From IMG/VR virus record IMGVR_UViG_3300032323_000894, positions 11,650-75,649 of that record: a stretch of DNA of 64,000 nt. One strand, 5' to 3'. Under the pieces are notes generated by a model. It was not told where the DNA came from. It saw nothing but the letters and a program-made list of their open reading frames with translations, and ran no database searches. Positions 27,955-37,848 of the stretch are shown here, in pieces (within the stretch, counting starts at the first letter, position 1; each line of letters opens with the position of its first letter). The DNA comes from a virus. A program made the position numbers and the translations under genes.

Positions 27955-29267
27955 TGCCCAACATAAGGCCCCTTCCTGTATTCCCTGGAATTACTGAAAA
28001 ATCTGCTAAGACTTTAAAAGAAAAAGTTAGCGCTAGCGTTCAGTCTGTTTCACCTGCAGCAAAAGCAAACACTAAAATTAAACGTTTAAATGAGCAGATA
28101 GCCGCGCTAAAAAAGAATCTGCAAACTTCCTTAACTAGATTGGGGGAGATTACTAAAATATTAGAAAAACCACCACTACAGGTTCTTTGGGGTGTTATAT
28201 ACGTTAATAGGTATTACATTCCTTGGCTTCCCGAAGGAAAAGACTTAGCTACACCAACTGAGGCTAAAAAAGTCAAACAAGACCTAATTGCTAGTATTGC
28301 AGAAACTAGAGAAAATATTAGAAAGCTAGAGGGAGCATTAAATAGCTCCTCTAAACAGCAAGAGCAGCAACAGAAAAACGGCAATAAAGGCAATAGAGGC
28401 AATAGAGGCAATAAGGAAGACGTTAGCGGAGGACCGCCGTCTTCTGACCCCGCTAATACAGCTATTGAGTACAACGTAAGCTCAGTTAAAGAAGCCTACT
28501 TCACTAGTAAACAGGACACCCTAGACACCGCAAAACTTTTTGCTGGAAATACTCCTGCAAAAGTTACTCAAGCTATGGACCTGTGGAAAGCGGGAGTATC
28601 AAGTAAGGGAATGATTGTTACCCACATTCCTCCTGGCCCTAAACCTGCTCAGTATATGGATAGTAATGGTAATTGGGCTGTTCCTGGTGATGCTTCCTCT
28701 ATAAAACGTTCAGGGTTTCAATTCTTGTACAACCCTACAACTATAGGCATGACCTACGGCGGGGTTCCCCCAGTTGACATCACTATGTCCACTTCTGGTC
28801 TGGAAGACTACACGCTTCAAGCCCCCAGCATTTATCAATCCGCAATTAATTTTGAAATATTAATTAATAGAATGCACGATTTAGAGTACATAGGGGAAAA
28901 CGGCACAATAAAGGGAGGCTTAAGAGCTTCTGATTTGTGGGTAGGAAATATTCCAGATACTAAAACTTTAAATCGTATTTACAATAAAGGAACAATGTAC
29001 GACATAGAGTTTTTGCTAAAGACTATGTTTGCCGTAGACCCATTCCCGAGTTTACTCCGCGGAAGAACCACAGACATTGGTTTCTTAGGCCCATCTCCCG
29101 TAGAACTGCACTTAGGAAAAAAACTACGGTATGTAGTAATGGTTGACAGCATAACTGTAGACCACGTTATTTTTAACAGTCAAATGGTGCCGATGTTTAG
29201 CACAGTACGTGTTTCCACACGCAGAATTCCAGACTACAGGCCAGGAAAGGTTTCAAATGCTTCTTAG
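27954..29267 (+). CDS. Baseplate tube-initiator-like protein with a coiled-coil N-terminal extension
   Basis: GFQFLYNPTTI...GTMYDIEFL...PVELHLG...FNSQMVPMFSTV. Follows the tape measure. Confidence 0.6.
   Translation: MPNIRPLPVFPGITEKSAKTLKEKVSASVQSVSPAAKANTKIKRLNEQIAALKKNLQTSLTRLGEITKILEKPPLQVLWGVIYVNRYYIPWLPEGKDLATPTEAKKVKQDLIASIAETRENIRKLEGALNSSSKQQEQQQKNGNKGNRGNRGNKEDVSGGPPSSDPANTAIEYNVSSVKEAYFTSKQDTLDTAKLFAGNTPAKVTQAMDLWKAGVSSKGMIVTHIPPGPKPAQYMDSNGNWAVPGDASSIKRSGFQFLYNPTTIGMTYGGVPPVDITMSTSGLEDYTLQAPSIYQSAINFEILINRMHDLEYIGENGTIKGGLRASDLWVGNIPDTKTLNRIYNKGTMYDIEFLLKTMFAVDPFPSLLRGRTTDIGFLGPSPVELHLGKKLRYVVMVDSITVDHVIFNSQMVPMFSTVRVSTRRIPDYRPGKVSNAS
28380..28415 (+). repeat. 9-bp tandem repeat x4 (GGCAATAAA/GGCAATAGA/GGCAATAGA/GGCAATAAG), encoding GNK-GNR-GNR-GNK
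   Basis: Seen directly in the sequence. Confidence 0.85.
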
Positions 29268-29279
29268 GAGTTGGTTTTA

Positions 29280-29555
29280 ATGATTTTTACAGATAGTAGA
29301 TACGCTTCTGGTATTTTGACTAAGTCGTATGACGCAAGAAAGCAGTCCTACGGAGTTACTGTTTTTCGCCAATTTACCGAAGACTCTTCGTCTTTCTTTT
29401 ACTACACGTGGACTCAAAAAGACAGGATAGATTTAGTAGCAGCTGAGCTATTAAACGACCCAAATCTTTGGTGGTTAATTATGGATTACAATCCAGAAAT
29501 TTCAAACCCATTTGATATTCCCCTAGGAACTGTGCTAAGGATACCTGGTGAGTAA
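29280..29555 (+). CDS. LysM-like baseplate protein (gpX/gp53-like)
   Basis: DSRY...DRIDLVA...LWWLIMDYNPEI..PFDIPLGTVLRIP. Confidence 0.8.
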   Translation: MIFTDSRYASGILTKSYDARKQSYGVTVFRQFTEDSSSFFYYTWTQKDRIDLVAAELLNDPNLWWLIMDYNPEISNPFDIPLGTVLRIPGE

Positions 29556-30960
29556 AGAACCTATTATTGGAAAATCTAGGCGCTCCTCTCCCTTTAGTGT
29601 TCAATTTCCGACATTGCCTTCTATAAAGGCGCAACCTCAGACCGTCATGTTAAAGCAAAAGCAAAAGAAACATGACGTATTAATTATTGAATATCCTGCA
29701 ACTAGCTTTAAAAACGCAAGAGTTTTAAAAACAGGTGTTCCTGTTAAGTTTGTCTGGAGACAGGGTTCTCGAAAAGCTGAGTGGCTTGGATATGTCACTT
29801 CTGTTTCTAGAAAATCTTCTTCTCAATTTTTGCAGCCTATGAAAGTTTACTGCGTTGGTGCTTCGTTTGTACTAAAACAAACTAAAACTAAAACGTACAA
29901 AAATAAAACTGTATCTGAAGTTGCTGCAGTAATTGCTAAAGAAAATAATCTTAGATTTGTCGGAGATAGGGATAAAAGAAGATTTAATCAGCTAGCTATT
30001 TCTGGGCACAGTCAGTGGGAATGGTTACAAGAGCAGGCTAATCGTGTAGGTTACGTGGCTTATGCCCAAGGAACTAACTTAGTGTTTAAGTCAATAGACA
30101 AGATAATTGACGAAAAATCTTTAGATGCGCCAATTTTTCAATTGTGGAGTCCGTACATACCAAGAACACCCCAAGGATTAGACAGAACTTTGGATTCTAT
30201 AGAGGTGTTGGTTGGAGAAAACAACGAAGGCGATTACCCCACAAGGGCTGTAAAACAAACTGGTGGAGTAGACCCTGTAAAAGGAACATCATTTACTAAT
30301 AAAAAGTCACCTTCAAGGTCAGGAAAGTCTGTTAGAGAAAGTGTTGCAGATACGCTGTTTGATGAGCTTAATAGTGACCAAGTAGTTAGCAGTAAAGCTG
30401 ACTCTAGAGCAGCTTCGTCAGGAGCAGCTGAACTTGCAAGGTTTAATATACCAGCTAAAGTTATTGGGCAGGGAGACCCTCGAATACACCCGTATCAAAT
30501 GATAGAAATACAGGGCTCAGGAAATGACACTGATGGCCACTGGATTGTGCGGGAAGCTACGCACAAGTTTCTTTATGGAGGTTACTACACTATAGAAATG
30601 ATTGTAGCTACTGACGGTCTTGGAAAAAATACCAGAAAAACTAGAAACTCTTCCAGAAATAGAGCTATAGACCCATTTAGGTCAGAGACTGTAAAGAGCG
30701 CAATTGATGTTGAGTACTTACTTAACAAAAACAAACGCCCTTTTAATTCTCGAGGAAATGACTCTTCAGTAAACCTAGCTGTAGAGCTAAACAGGACAGG
30801 AAATCCTTTTTCAATAGGAAATTCCAGGGAAACTAGCTCGGCTAGACTTTCTGCTAATAAGCCACTGTTAACAAATGTTGAAAACCAAGGGTATTTACGA
30901 ACACCAACTGTTTGGAAAACTAAGGCCCCAACCTCAAGAAATCCAAGAAAAGCTAGTTAA
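29548..30960 (+). CDS. Baseplate hub protein (gp27/GpD-like)
   Basis: TVSEVAAVIAKE...SQWEWLQEQA..VGY and GQGDPRI...GHWIVREATH. Confidence 0.75.
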   Translation: MSKEPIIGKSRRSSPFSVQFPTLPSIKAQPQTVMLKQKQKKHDVLIIEYPATSFKNARVLKTGVPVKFVWRQGSRKAEWLGYVTSVSRKSSSQFLQPMKVYCVGASFVLKQTKTKTYKNKTVSEVAAVIAKENNLRFVGDRDKRRFNQLAISGHSQWEWLQEQANRVGYVAYAQGTNLVFKSIDKIIDEKSLDAPIFQLWSPYIPRTPQGLDRTLDSIEVLVGENNEGDYPTRAVKQTGGVDPVKGTSFTNKKSPSRSGKSVRESVADTLFDELNSDQVVSSKADSRAASSGAAELARFNIPAKVIGQGDPRIHPYQMIEIQGSGNDTDGHWIVREATHKFLYGGYYTIEMIVATDGLGKNTRKTRNSSRNRAIDPFRSETVKSAIDVEYLLNKNKRPFNSRGNDSSVNLAVELNRTGNPFSIGNSRETSSARLSANKPLLTNVENQGYLRTPTVWKTKAPTSRNPRKAS

Positions 30961-30975
30961 TTTTAAAGGAGTCTA

Positions 30976-31392
30976 ATGTCAAAATCACCCGTGTATGAAA
31001 TGGCCATAAGCTTGCCATTTAAAATAGATAACTTTGGCGGAGTTGCTGTGACCATGTCCCAAGAGAAAATTTGGGCTGATAGGGTACGTAGCGCTATTGG
31101 TACCCAGTTAAAAGAGCGTGTATTTAGGGCTGATTACGGCACCACTATCCCAGTGACGCTATTTGAGGACACCGACTTGATGACCGCAACCATTGAAGAA
31201 GAGGTGGAAAGAGCCTTTATTGAGTACCTTCCTACCCTACAATTAGATGTAGTAGAGGCCACGTACGACAGGTCTCAGGACACTATATTTGCTGAAGTAG
31301 GCTACTTTCTGCCAAATAAAGACCAAACGTCTGTTGTAATCGGTATTGCCAGACTTTCTACTACTAGACCAATTGATGAGGAACTACTATGA
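30976..31392 (+). CDS. Baseplate wedge gp25/GpW-like protein
   Basis: ISLPF...GTQLKERVFRADYGT...LFE. Confidence 0.85.
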   Translation: MSKSPVYEMAISLPFKIDNFGGVAVTMSQEKIWADRVRSAIGTQLKERVFRADYGTTIPVTLFEDTDLMTATIEEEVERAFIEYLPTLQLDVVEATYDRSQDTIFAEVGYFLPNKDQTSVVIGIARLSTTRPIDEELL

Positions 31393-33473
31393 CAGCCCCA
31401 GTAAGCAACATTCCCGTATCGGTAGATTACACTTCTAGGGATTACTACGCTCTGCGTGAGGACTTAATTAACCTCGTAAAAGCAAGGGTAAACTCAGGCT
31501 CCTCCAAACAATGGTCTGGGGAAGACCCTTCAGACTTTGGTCTAGCGTTGGTTGAGGCATTTGCCTACATCGGTGACTTGACAAACTATTACATTGACAG
31601 AATTGCAAACGAAACCTACTTACCTACAGCTACTCAGCGAAAAAACATCTTAAATATCGCAAGACTGTACGGATATGCCCCTACTGGTTTTAGAGCTTCT
31701 CAACTACAAGTTGAGTTTACTAACTCATACACTACAGACGTAACAAACGCTGTTGGAAACGGAACCCTTATAACTTATACTGCTGCTAATGACTTTGTAG
31801 TGGGAGATGTAGTAACGATTTCCGCAGTTAATCCTTCTGGGTTTAATTTAAGTAACAAAGAAGTAGTGTCTTGCACCCCAACAAGTTTTGCTGTAAGCAG
31901 CACTTTTAGTGGAGCTTACGTTAGTGATGGTGTTGTTGGCAAGGCTATATCAATACCTGCAGGAACCCAAGTAAGTGGCTCAGTCATTAAAGATGACGTA
32001 GTAGAAGAAGTTGTGTTTACTACACTAGAAACAGTAGAAATCCCAGCTTCTTTAGAAAATTCTGTGGGGTCTGTCTTGGCTTGGGCAAAAAATGGAGAAG
32101 ACATTCGCTTAAGGCCAGGTAACGAAGCTCAAAATGAATTAGACATTGCTGGTGAACTTATTGGTACGTCAAATGGATTTGCTAATCAAACTTACATTCT
32201 TACTGAAAACGAAGTAGTAACTGAAGATATAGAGGTGTATGTTGAGGCGGGAGACCTTTATGAGCCTTGGCAGCAAGTTACCAATCTAATTGACTACGGT
32301 CCGACCGACGCAGTGTTCCGTACTGAATTAGACGAAAACAACTTTGTTTCTATCATTTTTGGTGACGGTATCTCGGGCGCTATACCAAACACTATGTCTG
32401 GAATTAAAGCAGTTTACTATGTTGGGGGAGGAACTATAGGAAACGTTTCTGCGGGAACTATTGACACAATTGACTACATTCCTAACTTAACATCCGTACA
32501 ACTAAACTCATTATCTGAATTTGTTTCTGTTGGCAATCCAGGAACTGTAGGTGTTGGCGGCTCAGAGCCTGAAGATAACTTTAGTATTAGAACTAACGCT
32601 GCTCTTGCAGTTCGCTCTAATAACAGGGTTGTTAGTTTTCAGGATTACGAATCATTGGCTTTATTTGTAGAAAATTGCGGAAAAGCCAACGCAACGGCAG
32701 CGGTATGGACATCAGTAACCCTATATGTTGCACCTATCAGGAACCAAGGAGATTTAGATAAATTCCCTGGCTTTGATGGTGCTAATGATGAAGTGACTTC
32801 AGAATGGAACGCTCTACGAGACAATGTACTAGAGTATTTTGAAGGAAAAACTCTAATTGGTGCATCTCTTCAAGTATCTCCCCCAACGTATTCCCCAGTG
32901 TCTATTGACGTAGTGTTTACTAAAAATGACAACTACACCTCTGAGCAAGCTGAAGACGATATTAAAAAAGCTTTGGTTACTACTTTTGGGTACGCAAACT
33001 TAGACTTTGAGCAAACAATTACCCCAGAACTAGTTGAAAGTGTTCTAATTGGTCTTCCAAGTATAAAAACCTCTAGAGTAACTAACCTATACAAAACTGG
33101 TCAGACTCCTAAAAGAGCAGCCCTTATAGGTTCCCCAGCTGAAATATTTGTATTTTTAGAATCAGATATTGATGTTTTAGAGTCCTCTAACGACGCTCAG
33201 TTGTCTGCGCTAACCGCATCTAGCGGAACCCTAAGCCCTGTGTTTAACAGCGACTTTTACGCCTACAACTTGGTAGGAGTTAGCGCCTCAACTGTCACGC
33301 TAACTCCTGTAGGAGCTGCAGGTTCGACAATAACCGTTAACGGAGTCTCTGCTGCTACACCTGTTACTCTAGGTGCTGTAGGAAGCACCACTACTGTTTC
33401 AATTGCAGTTATTGCTCCTGATGGAACTACTGTTCGAGTGTACACCGTATCTATCTTTAGAGTCGCTCCGTAA
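31389..33473 (+). CDS. Baseplate J/gp6-like wedge protein with an inserted small beta domain and a C-terminal cadherin-like domain
   Basis: DYTSRDY, DPSDFG, ANETYLPTA, FGDG, GGSEPE, RVVSFQDY. C-terminal LSAL...TLSPVF...APDGTT..YTV. Confidence 0.85.
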   Translation: MTAPVSNIPVSVDYTSRDYYALREDLINLVKARVNSGSSKQWSGEDPSDFGLALVEAFAYIGDLTNYYIDRIANETYLPTATQRKNILNIARLYGYAPTGFRASQLQVEFTNSYTTDVTNAVGNGTLITYTAANDFVVGDVVTISAVNPSGFNLSNKEVVSCTPTSFAVSSTFSGAYVSDGVVGKAISIPAGTQVSGSVIKDDVVEEVVFTTLETVEIPASLENSVGSVLAWAKNGEDIRLRPGNEAQNELDIAGELIGTSNGFANQTYILTENEVVTEDIEVYVEAGDLYEPWQQVTNLIDYGPTDAVFRTELDENNFVSIIFGDGISGAIPNTMSGIKAVYYVGGGTIGNVSAGTIDTIDYIPNLTSVQLNSLSEFVSVGNPGTVGVGGSEPEDNFSIRTNAALAVRSNNRVVSFQDYESLALFVENCGKANATAAVWTSVTLYVAPIRNQGDLDKFPGFDGANDEVTSEWNALRDNVLEYFEGKTLIGASLQVSPPTYSPVSIDVVFTKNDNYTSEQAEDDIKKALVTTFGYANLDFEQTITPELVESVLIGLPSIKTSRVTNLYKTGQTPKRAALIGSPAEIFVFLESDIDVLESSNDAQLSALTASSGTLSPVFNSDFYAYNLVGVSASTVTLTPVGAAGSTITVNGVSAATPVTLGAVGSTTTVSIAVIAPDGTTVRVYTVSIFRVAP

Positions 33474-33946
33474 TGAAAGACGACTCTGGTAACAGGAGAT
33501 TTTACGGGGTATACAGAGGTACAGTAACTAACGTAAAAGACCCAGAAAACAAGAAGAGAATCAAGGCTAGGGTACCCCAAGTATTGGGTGATGGAACCAC
33601 GGACTGGATGTGGTGTAGCGACTACTCTGCGCAGAGCGCTGTTCCGCCGTCGATTGGTCAAGGTATTTGGGTAATGTTTGAGGGAGGAGACCCCTCTTTC
33701 CCTGTATGGACTGGTACTTTCGGTACGCATAAAGGCACTGGACACCAGGTAAATATACGGCCATTAAATACTGGGTCTTATCCATCTACGGTTAAGCTTA
33801 GGTCTACTGGTTCTGGGGCCAAAGAGCTTGATTTAATCGCTACGGTAATAGCTATAGCAAAAACGGTGGAAGATATACGCCTGTCTTTAAACTCTCATGG
33901 TGGTGGCGAGTTTGAATCGCCCCCTACAGACGTACAAAACTATTAG
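33473..33946 (+). CDS. Baseplate spike, gp5/VgrG OB-fold (short)
   Basis: FYGVYRGTV..VKDPENKKRIKARVPQV...PSIGQGIWVMFEGGDPSFPVWTG. Confidence 0.85.
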   Translation: MKDDSGNRRFYGVYRGTVTNVKDPENKKRIKARVPQVLGDGTTDWMWCSDYSAQSAVPPSIGQGIWVMFEGGDPSFPVWTGTFGTHKGTGHQVNIRPLNTGSYPSTVKLRSTGSGAKELDLIATVIAIAKTVEDIRLSLNSHGGGEFESPPTDVQNY

Positions 33947-34003
33947 TTCACCAAATAATTACCCTGTAAAACAGCGAAAATAGAACTATATTTAGGAGAT
34001 TTA

Positions 34004-34474
34004 ATGCCATCTAACTACCCTTCCAGCATCAAGGTCTGGTCACCAACCGATGCGGGATTTAACTATCCAGAAGATTTAAAAGAGGTTGTTTACGCTCGCC
34101 ACGTTACTACTATTTACGATGAAGTAACTGCTGTTCAGCAAGAATTAGGCGCAGGCTCTGGAGGACTAAAGACCAGTGTTATTGACAGTCTTTCTCCTTT
34201 TGACCCACTTACTAGCGGAAAAACTTGGCCAAATCTTAGGACAAGACTATTCAACATGGAACAAGGGGCTATTGACGGCTCCCTTAAGCGCGTAAGCATT
34301 TTAGGTGGGTCAACTATTACCCCATCTTCAGCTTCTACTGTAGGATTAACTGTTCGAGCTGCAACTGTACAAACGGCAAACTTAATTGAAATTAGAAACA
34401 CAAGTAACGTTGTCAGAACCGCCTTTGGTTCTGATGGTCTAATCTCAGGAGTAATTGACGGCGGCAACGCTTAA
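34004..34474 (+). CDS. Virion structural protein (fibre-anchor-like)
   Basis: YPSS...HVTTIYDEVTAVQQELG, ending IDGGNA. AGGAG RBS. Confidence 0.5.
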   Translation: MPSNYPSSIKVWSPTDAGFNYPEDLKEVVYARHVTTIYDEVTAVQQELGAGSGGLKTSVIDSLSPFDPLTSGKTWPNLRTRLFNMEQGAIDGSLKRVSILGGSTITPSSASTVGLTVRAATVQTANLIEIRNTSNVVRTAFGSDGLISGVIDGGNA

Positions 34475-34484
34475 GGAGAATTAA

Positions 34485-37400
34485 ATGGGACTCTATAACG
34501 TTGCGGGGTACGATTCTGGTGATATTTACGGAGATATTCCAAAACTCCAGTACTACTCAGAACCTTTTAGGTCGATAGCAGTTAGCTATACCCAAATTGA
34601 ACTTACTTGGGTAATTCCTTCTGGTGACTTTTTTGAACTGAGAGTAGTAAGAAGTACCGATGGATTTCCAGAAACTTCTGAAGACGGCGCTGTAGTCTAT
34701 TCGTGGAACGTAACTACTGCAGGAGTTCTAGAGTCTAGTTTCTTAGACGGAGAAGACTCCTCAATACCACTAGTTCCTGGAAGATTTACTTATTACAGGA
34801 TTTGGCTAAAAAATGCGCTTGGTAATTGGGTAATTGCTGCAGACTCGTACACCCTGCTACCAATCAATCACACTACGTATTCCCCTGATGGAACAGCGCT
34901 AGTAACAACCAAAAATAAACTTCTTGAAGTGCTTCCTAAAGTATTTACTACGGCTTCTCAGTCTCCTTTGGATGAGATTGACCCTAACTCTGATTTAGCT
35001 AAGTTTTTAGAAGGACCAGCATTTGAATTAGATAGAATGCTAACTTATGCTGAGCTACTTCTTCCCCTAGAAAGTAACAGGCTAGTTGGCCCTGAGATAT
35101 TGTTGCTTCAAAGTTTGCAGCTAGGAGTTCCACTAGAGCCCTACTTAGCAACTAAACAGCAAAGACGCCTAACCCGTGAAGCTCTGTACATCTATCAAAA
35201 CAAAGGAACTTACGCTGGTTTAGAGGCGTTTGTAGAAAGTTTTACTGGATTTGCTCCCGACATTTCTCCCTCCCCAAACCTAGTTCTAAGTCCACAAGAC
35301 AGCAGCTTTACTGGTGGATTTGGTTTTTGGAGACCTGTAGGAGACGCAACCCTTGACCTAGAAACTACAGTACCAGGGGTTGGTCCAGAGGTAGAGCCGT
35401 ATGTAGACGATTACAGATATGTAGCAAAAATTACTGCAAACGAAGTTGGCGCAAGAATCATAAATGGAACTGACGACCCTATTAGACAAGGAACTCCAGT
35501 AAAAGCTGGAGAAGCTTATGTATTTTCTGGATACGGTAAGGCTGCAGACGAAACCACTATGGGCGTATCTGCCTACGCTCTTTGGTACAACTACAAAGGC
35601 GAGTTAATCGACATAGACCCACCAAGAACGTTTGTTCAAACTCCACAATCTGTTACAGACGAGTGGACTCGGTTTGAATTTGTTGGAAGAGCTCCTGGCG
35701 TAGTTCGTGACGTTTCTGCATACAGTATCGAAGACGGGATAATTACTTTATTTTTGTCTACTTTGAACGTCATGGTTAGAGGCGAAACCATCATTGTTGA
35801 TGGGGTCAGTGATGACGTAGATGGGATTTACCAAATTGAAGGTGCTGGGGACATTACGGAAATTCCAGAAGGCGGAATTGCTGGTCTTTTAGGTTCTAAT
35901 TTAAACCAAATTTACCTAGCAACTAGCTTACCCGATACTCCTACCACAGAAGTAAGCGGAACTATTACTGAAGCAACCCCTGATGTTGGACCTACAACGT
36001 ACGTCATTATGGCTGGAGAAATTGTAGACGGTGAGGCCACTGTAACGTTTGCTCTTCCTCACGATTTAGTTGTTGGAGACAAAATCGTAATTCAAGCTAT
36101 GAGCTCGTACTTTAGCTACGGACTGCACACTATAACTGGTGTTGGAGTAAACACTGTAGAATTTAGCATTTTTGAACCGTTTACTGGAGAGCCTGCAGTA
36201 GACGTTAGTGAGTCTTTTCCTGTAACTGGAGTTCCTTATGGAGGTGCTGTAAAAATTATTCCAGGGACTGGGACACCACTTGAGCCTGCAGTTTACGGTG
36301 GGTTTGAGCTCGTGTGTGCGACCACTGGAACACTGTACCTAGACCTATTCCAAATGGCGTCGTTCACTGTACAGGAATTTCACGAAGCTCGCGGTGTAGA
36401 GATGTTCTTAAACCCTACAAAAACTAACTATTTAAGGAACCCTGGATTCAACCCTACAACGCTAGCATTAACTTGGTCAATTGCGGCCCAAGATTATCAG
36501 AGTGTAGATAGAACAGACGAGCCTCTTGAACTGCTAGAAGACGGTTACTCTTTAGAAGTAGAGACTCTAAACTGCGTGCCCACTTACCTTATGACTGCAT
36601 ACTCAGTTTCTGATGGAGTTGCTGAAGTAACTATAGGAACAAACGAACTTAGCGCTGGAGATGTGGTCCTAATTACGGGAGCAGGTCTGCAACCTGTTTA
36701 CGGACAGCACCTAGTGCTCGCAGCTACTCCTACCACAGTTAGTTTTGCCCTAGAGTTACCAGACATTCCGACTACTCCAGCAGTAGCTGCAGTAACGCAT
36801 CTTAAGTACGTAATGGTCGGATACTTGGTTAATAACAATATTGCTACAGTTACGTTTACTGGTCCACACGGCATTGAAGAAGGTCAAATTGTTGACATTT
36901 CAGGTTTTGTTTCTAGCCCTATTTTGGGACAGCATTTAGTTACGGATATTGGCGCTAGCACTATTAGCTTTGCTTTTCAGGCCCCTAACAGTACTACAGT
37001 ACCGTTAACTGCGGCAGTTACGGCGCTAACAACGGTCTCTACTAACTCGACCATTATTGGCTCTGGAAAGTTTGTCAGCGCATCTTTTTACGCAAAAACT
37101 CTTGAGGAAAACTCTGAAGAAACCTTCACAGTAGTTATATCCGCAGTAAACCTGTTAACACAACAGCCTGTATTTTCAACATCATTTCAAATAGAGGTTA
37201 CCAATGAATTACAGCGATTTAACAAAGAGCTATTTGTTTCTAAAGTAGAGCCTGAAATTTATATAATAAATCTGACAATAGCTGGAAATACTAAGGGAAA
37301 TACCGTGTACTTTGACAGAGCTGTAGTAGAGAATTCTTTTACTCCTACAGATTACTTTGATGGGGATTTCCCAGCTTCTTACGGAGCTGTTTGGGAATCT

Positions 37401-37547
37401 ATCCCGTTTGCCTCTGCTTCTCACTTGTACCCAAACCTTGCCATAAAAATGACTAGATTAAAACAAGAGCTGGAAAAGTATCTTCCAATTAATACTTCGT
37501 TCTTGGTTCAATGGCATGGCGGCGGAATAGCCAAACCTTCAATTTAG
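34485..37547 (+). CDS. Baseplate wedge / P2 gpI-like protein with FnIII-like, CBM-like and repeated small beta domains
   Basis: IYQNKGT..GL, TNYLRNPGF, TDYFDG, and repeated ATVTF..PH....GD.I.I modules. Confidence 0.7.
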   Translation: MGLYNVAGYDSGDIYGDIPKLQYYSEPFRSIAVSYTQIELTWVIPSGDFFELRVVRSTDGFPETSEDGAVVYSWNVTTAGVLESSFLDGEDSSIPLVPGRFTYYRIWLKNALGNWVIAADSYTLLPINHTTYSPDGTALVTTKNKLLEVLPKVFTTASQSPLDEIDPNSDLAKFLEGPAFELDRMLTYAELLLPLESNRLVGPEILLLQSLQLGVPLEPYLATKQQRRLTREALYIYQNKGTYAGLEAFVESFTGFAPDISPSPNLVLSPQDSSFTGGFGFWRPVGDATLDLETTVPGVGPEVEPYVDDYRYVAKITANEVGARIINGTDDPIRQGTPVKAGEAYVFSGYGKAADETTMGVSAYALWYNYKGELIDIDPPRTFVQTPQSVTDEWTRFEFVGRAPGVVRDVSAYSIEDGIITLFLSTLNVMVRGETIIVDGVSDDVDGIYQIEGAGDITEIPEGGIAGLLGSNLNQIYLATSLPDTPTTEVSGTITEATPDVGPTTYVIMAGEIVDGEATVTFALPHDLVVGDKIVIQAMSSYFSYGLHTITGVGVNTVEFSIFEPFTGEPAVDVSESFPVTGVPYGGAVKIIPGTGTPLEPAVYGGFELVCATTGTLYLDLFQMASFTVQEFHEARGVEMFLNPTKTNYLRNPGFNPTTLALTWSIAAQDYQSVDRTDEPLELLEDGYSLEVETLNCVPTYLMTAYSVSDGVAEVTIGTNELSAGDVVLITGAGLQPVYGQHLVLAATPTTVSFALELPDIPTTPAVAAVTHLKYVMVGYLVNNNIATVTFTGPHGIEEGQIVDISGFVSSPILGQHLVTDIGASTISFAFQAPNSTTVPLTAAVTALTTVSTNSTIIGSGKFVSASFYAKTLEENSEETFTVVISAVNLLTQQPVFSTSFQIEVTNELQRFNKELFVSKVEPEIYIINLTIAGNTKGNTVYFDRAVVENSFTPTDYFDGDFPASYGAVWESIPFASASHLYPNLAIKMTRLKQELEKYLPINTSFLVQWHGGGIAKPSI

Positions 37548-37562
37548 TGCTACTATCTAGCC

Positions 37563-37835
37563 ATGGATACTTTAGCTCACGTAATAGTTGCAGGCCTTGG
37601 AGTCGCCTTTATATTAGCCACAATTGACGATTTGTTAGGTCGGTACTTCCCTACTAAATGGGTAAAGGTCGTCTTAACCCTCCCCCTTTCTCTGTTACTC
37701 GTTTCCCCTTTAGGTGCTTACACCTTTGGTCAGTTGGTCGTCTTGGGTATTGCGGCAGGATTTTTTTCACTCTCGGCTTTACTTTTAATCAATCGACCTG
37801 TTAGTATACAAACTTCACCACGACGGAGAATTTAA
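37563..37835 (+). CDS. Small membrane protein, possible holin
   Basis: Three hydrophobic segments and a basic C-terminus, at the end of the structural block. Confidence 0.45.
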   Translation: MDTLAHVIVAGLGVAFILATIDDLLGRYFPTKWVKVVLTLPLSLLLVSPLGAYTFGQLVVLGIAAGFFSLSALLLINRPVSIQTSPRRRI

Positions 37836-37848
37836 AAAAGGAGTAAGA

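Noticed and set aside
21743-37547. Bacterial extracellular contractile injection system or tailocin
   Set aside because: It is contiguous with a complete phage replication module and dense phage-type small ORFs, and no host housekeeping genes are present.
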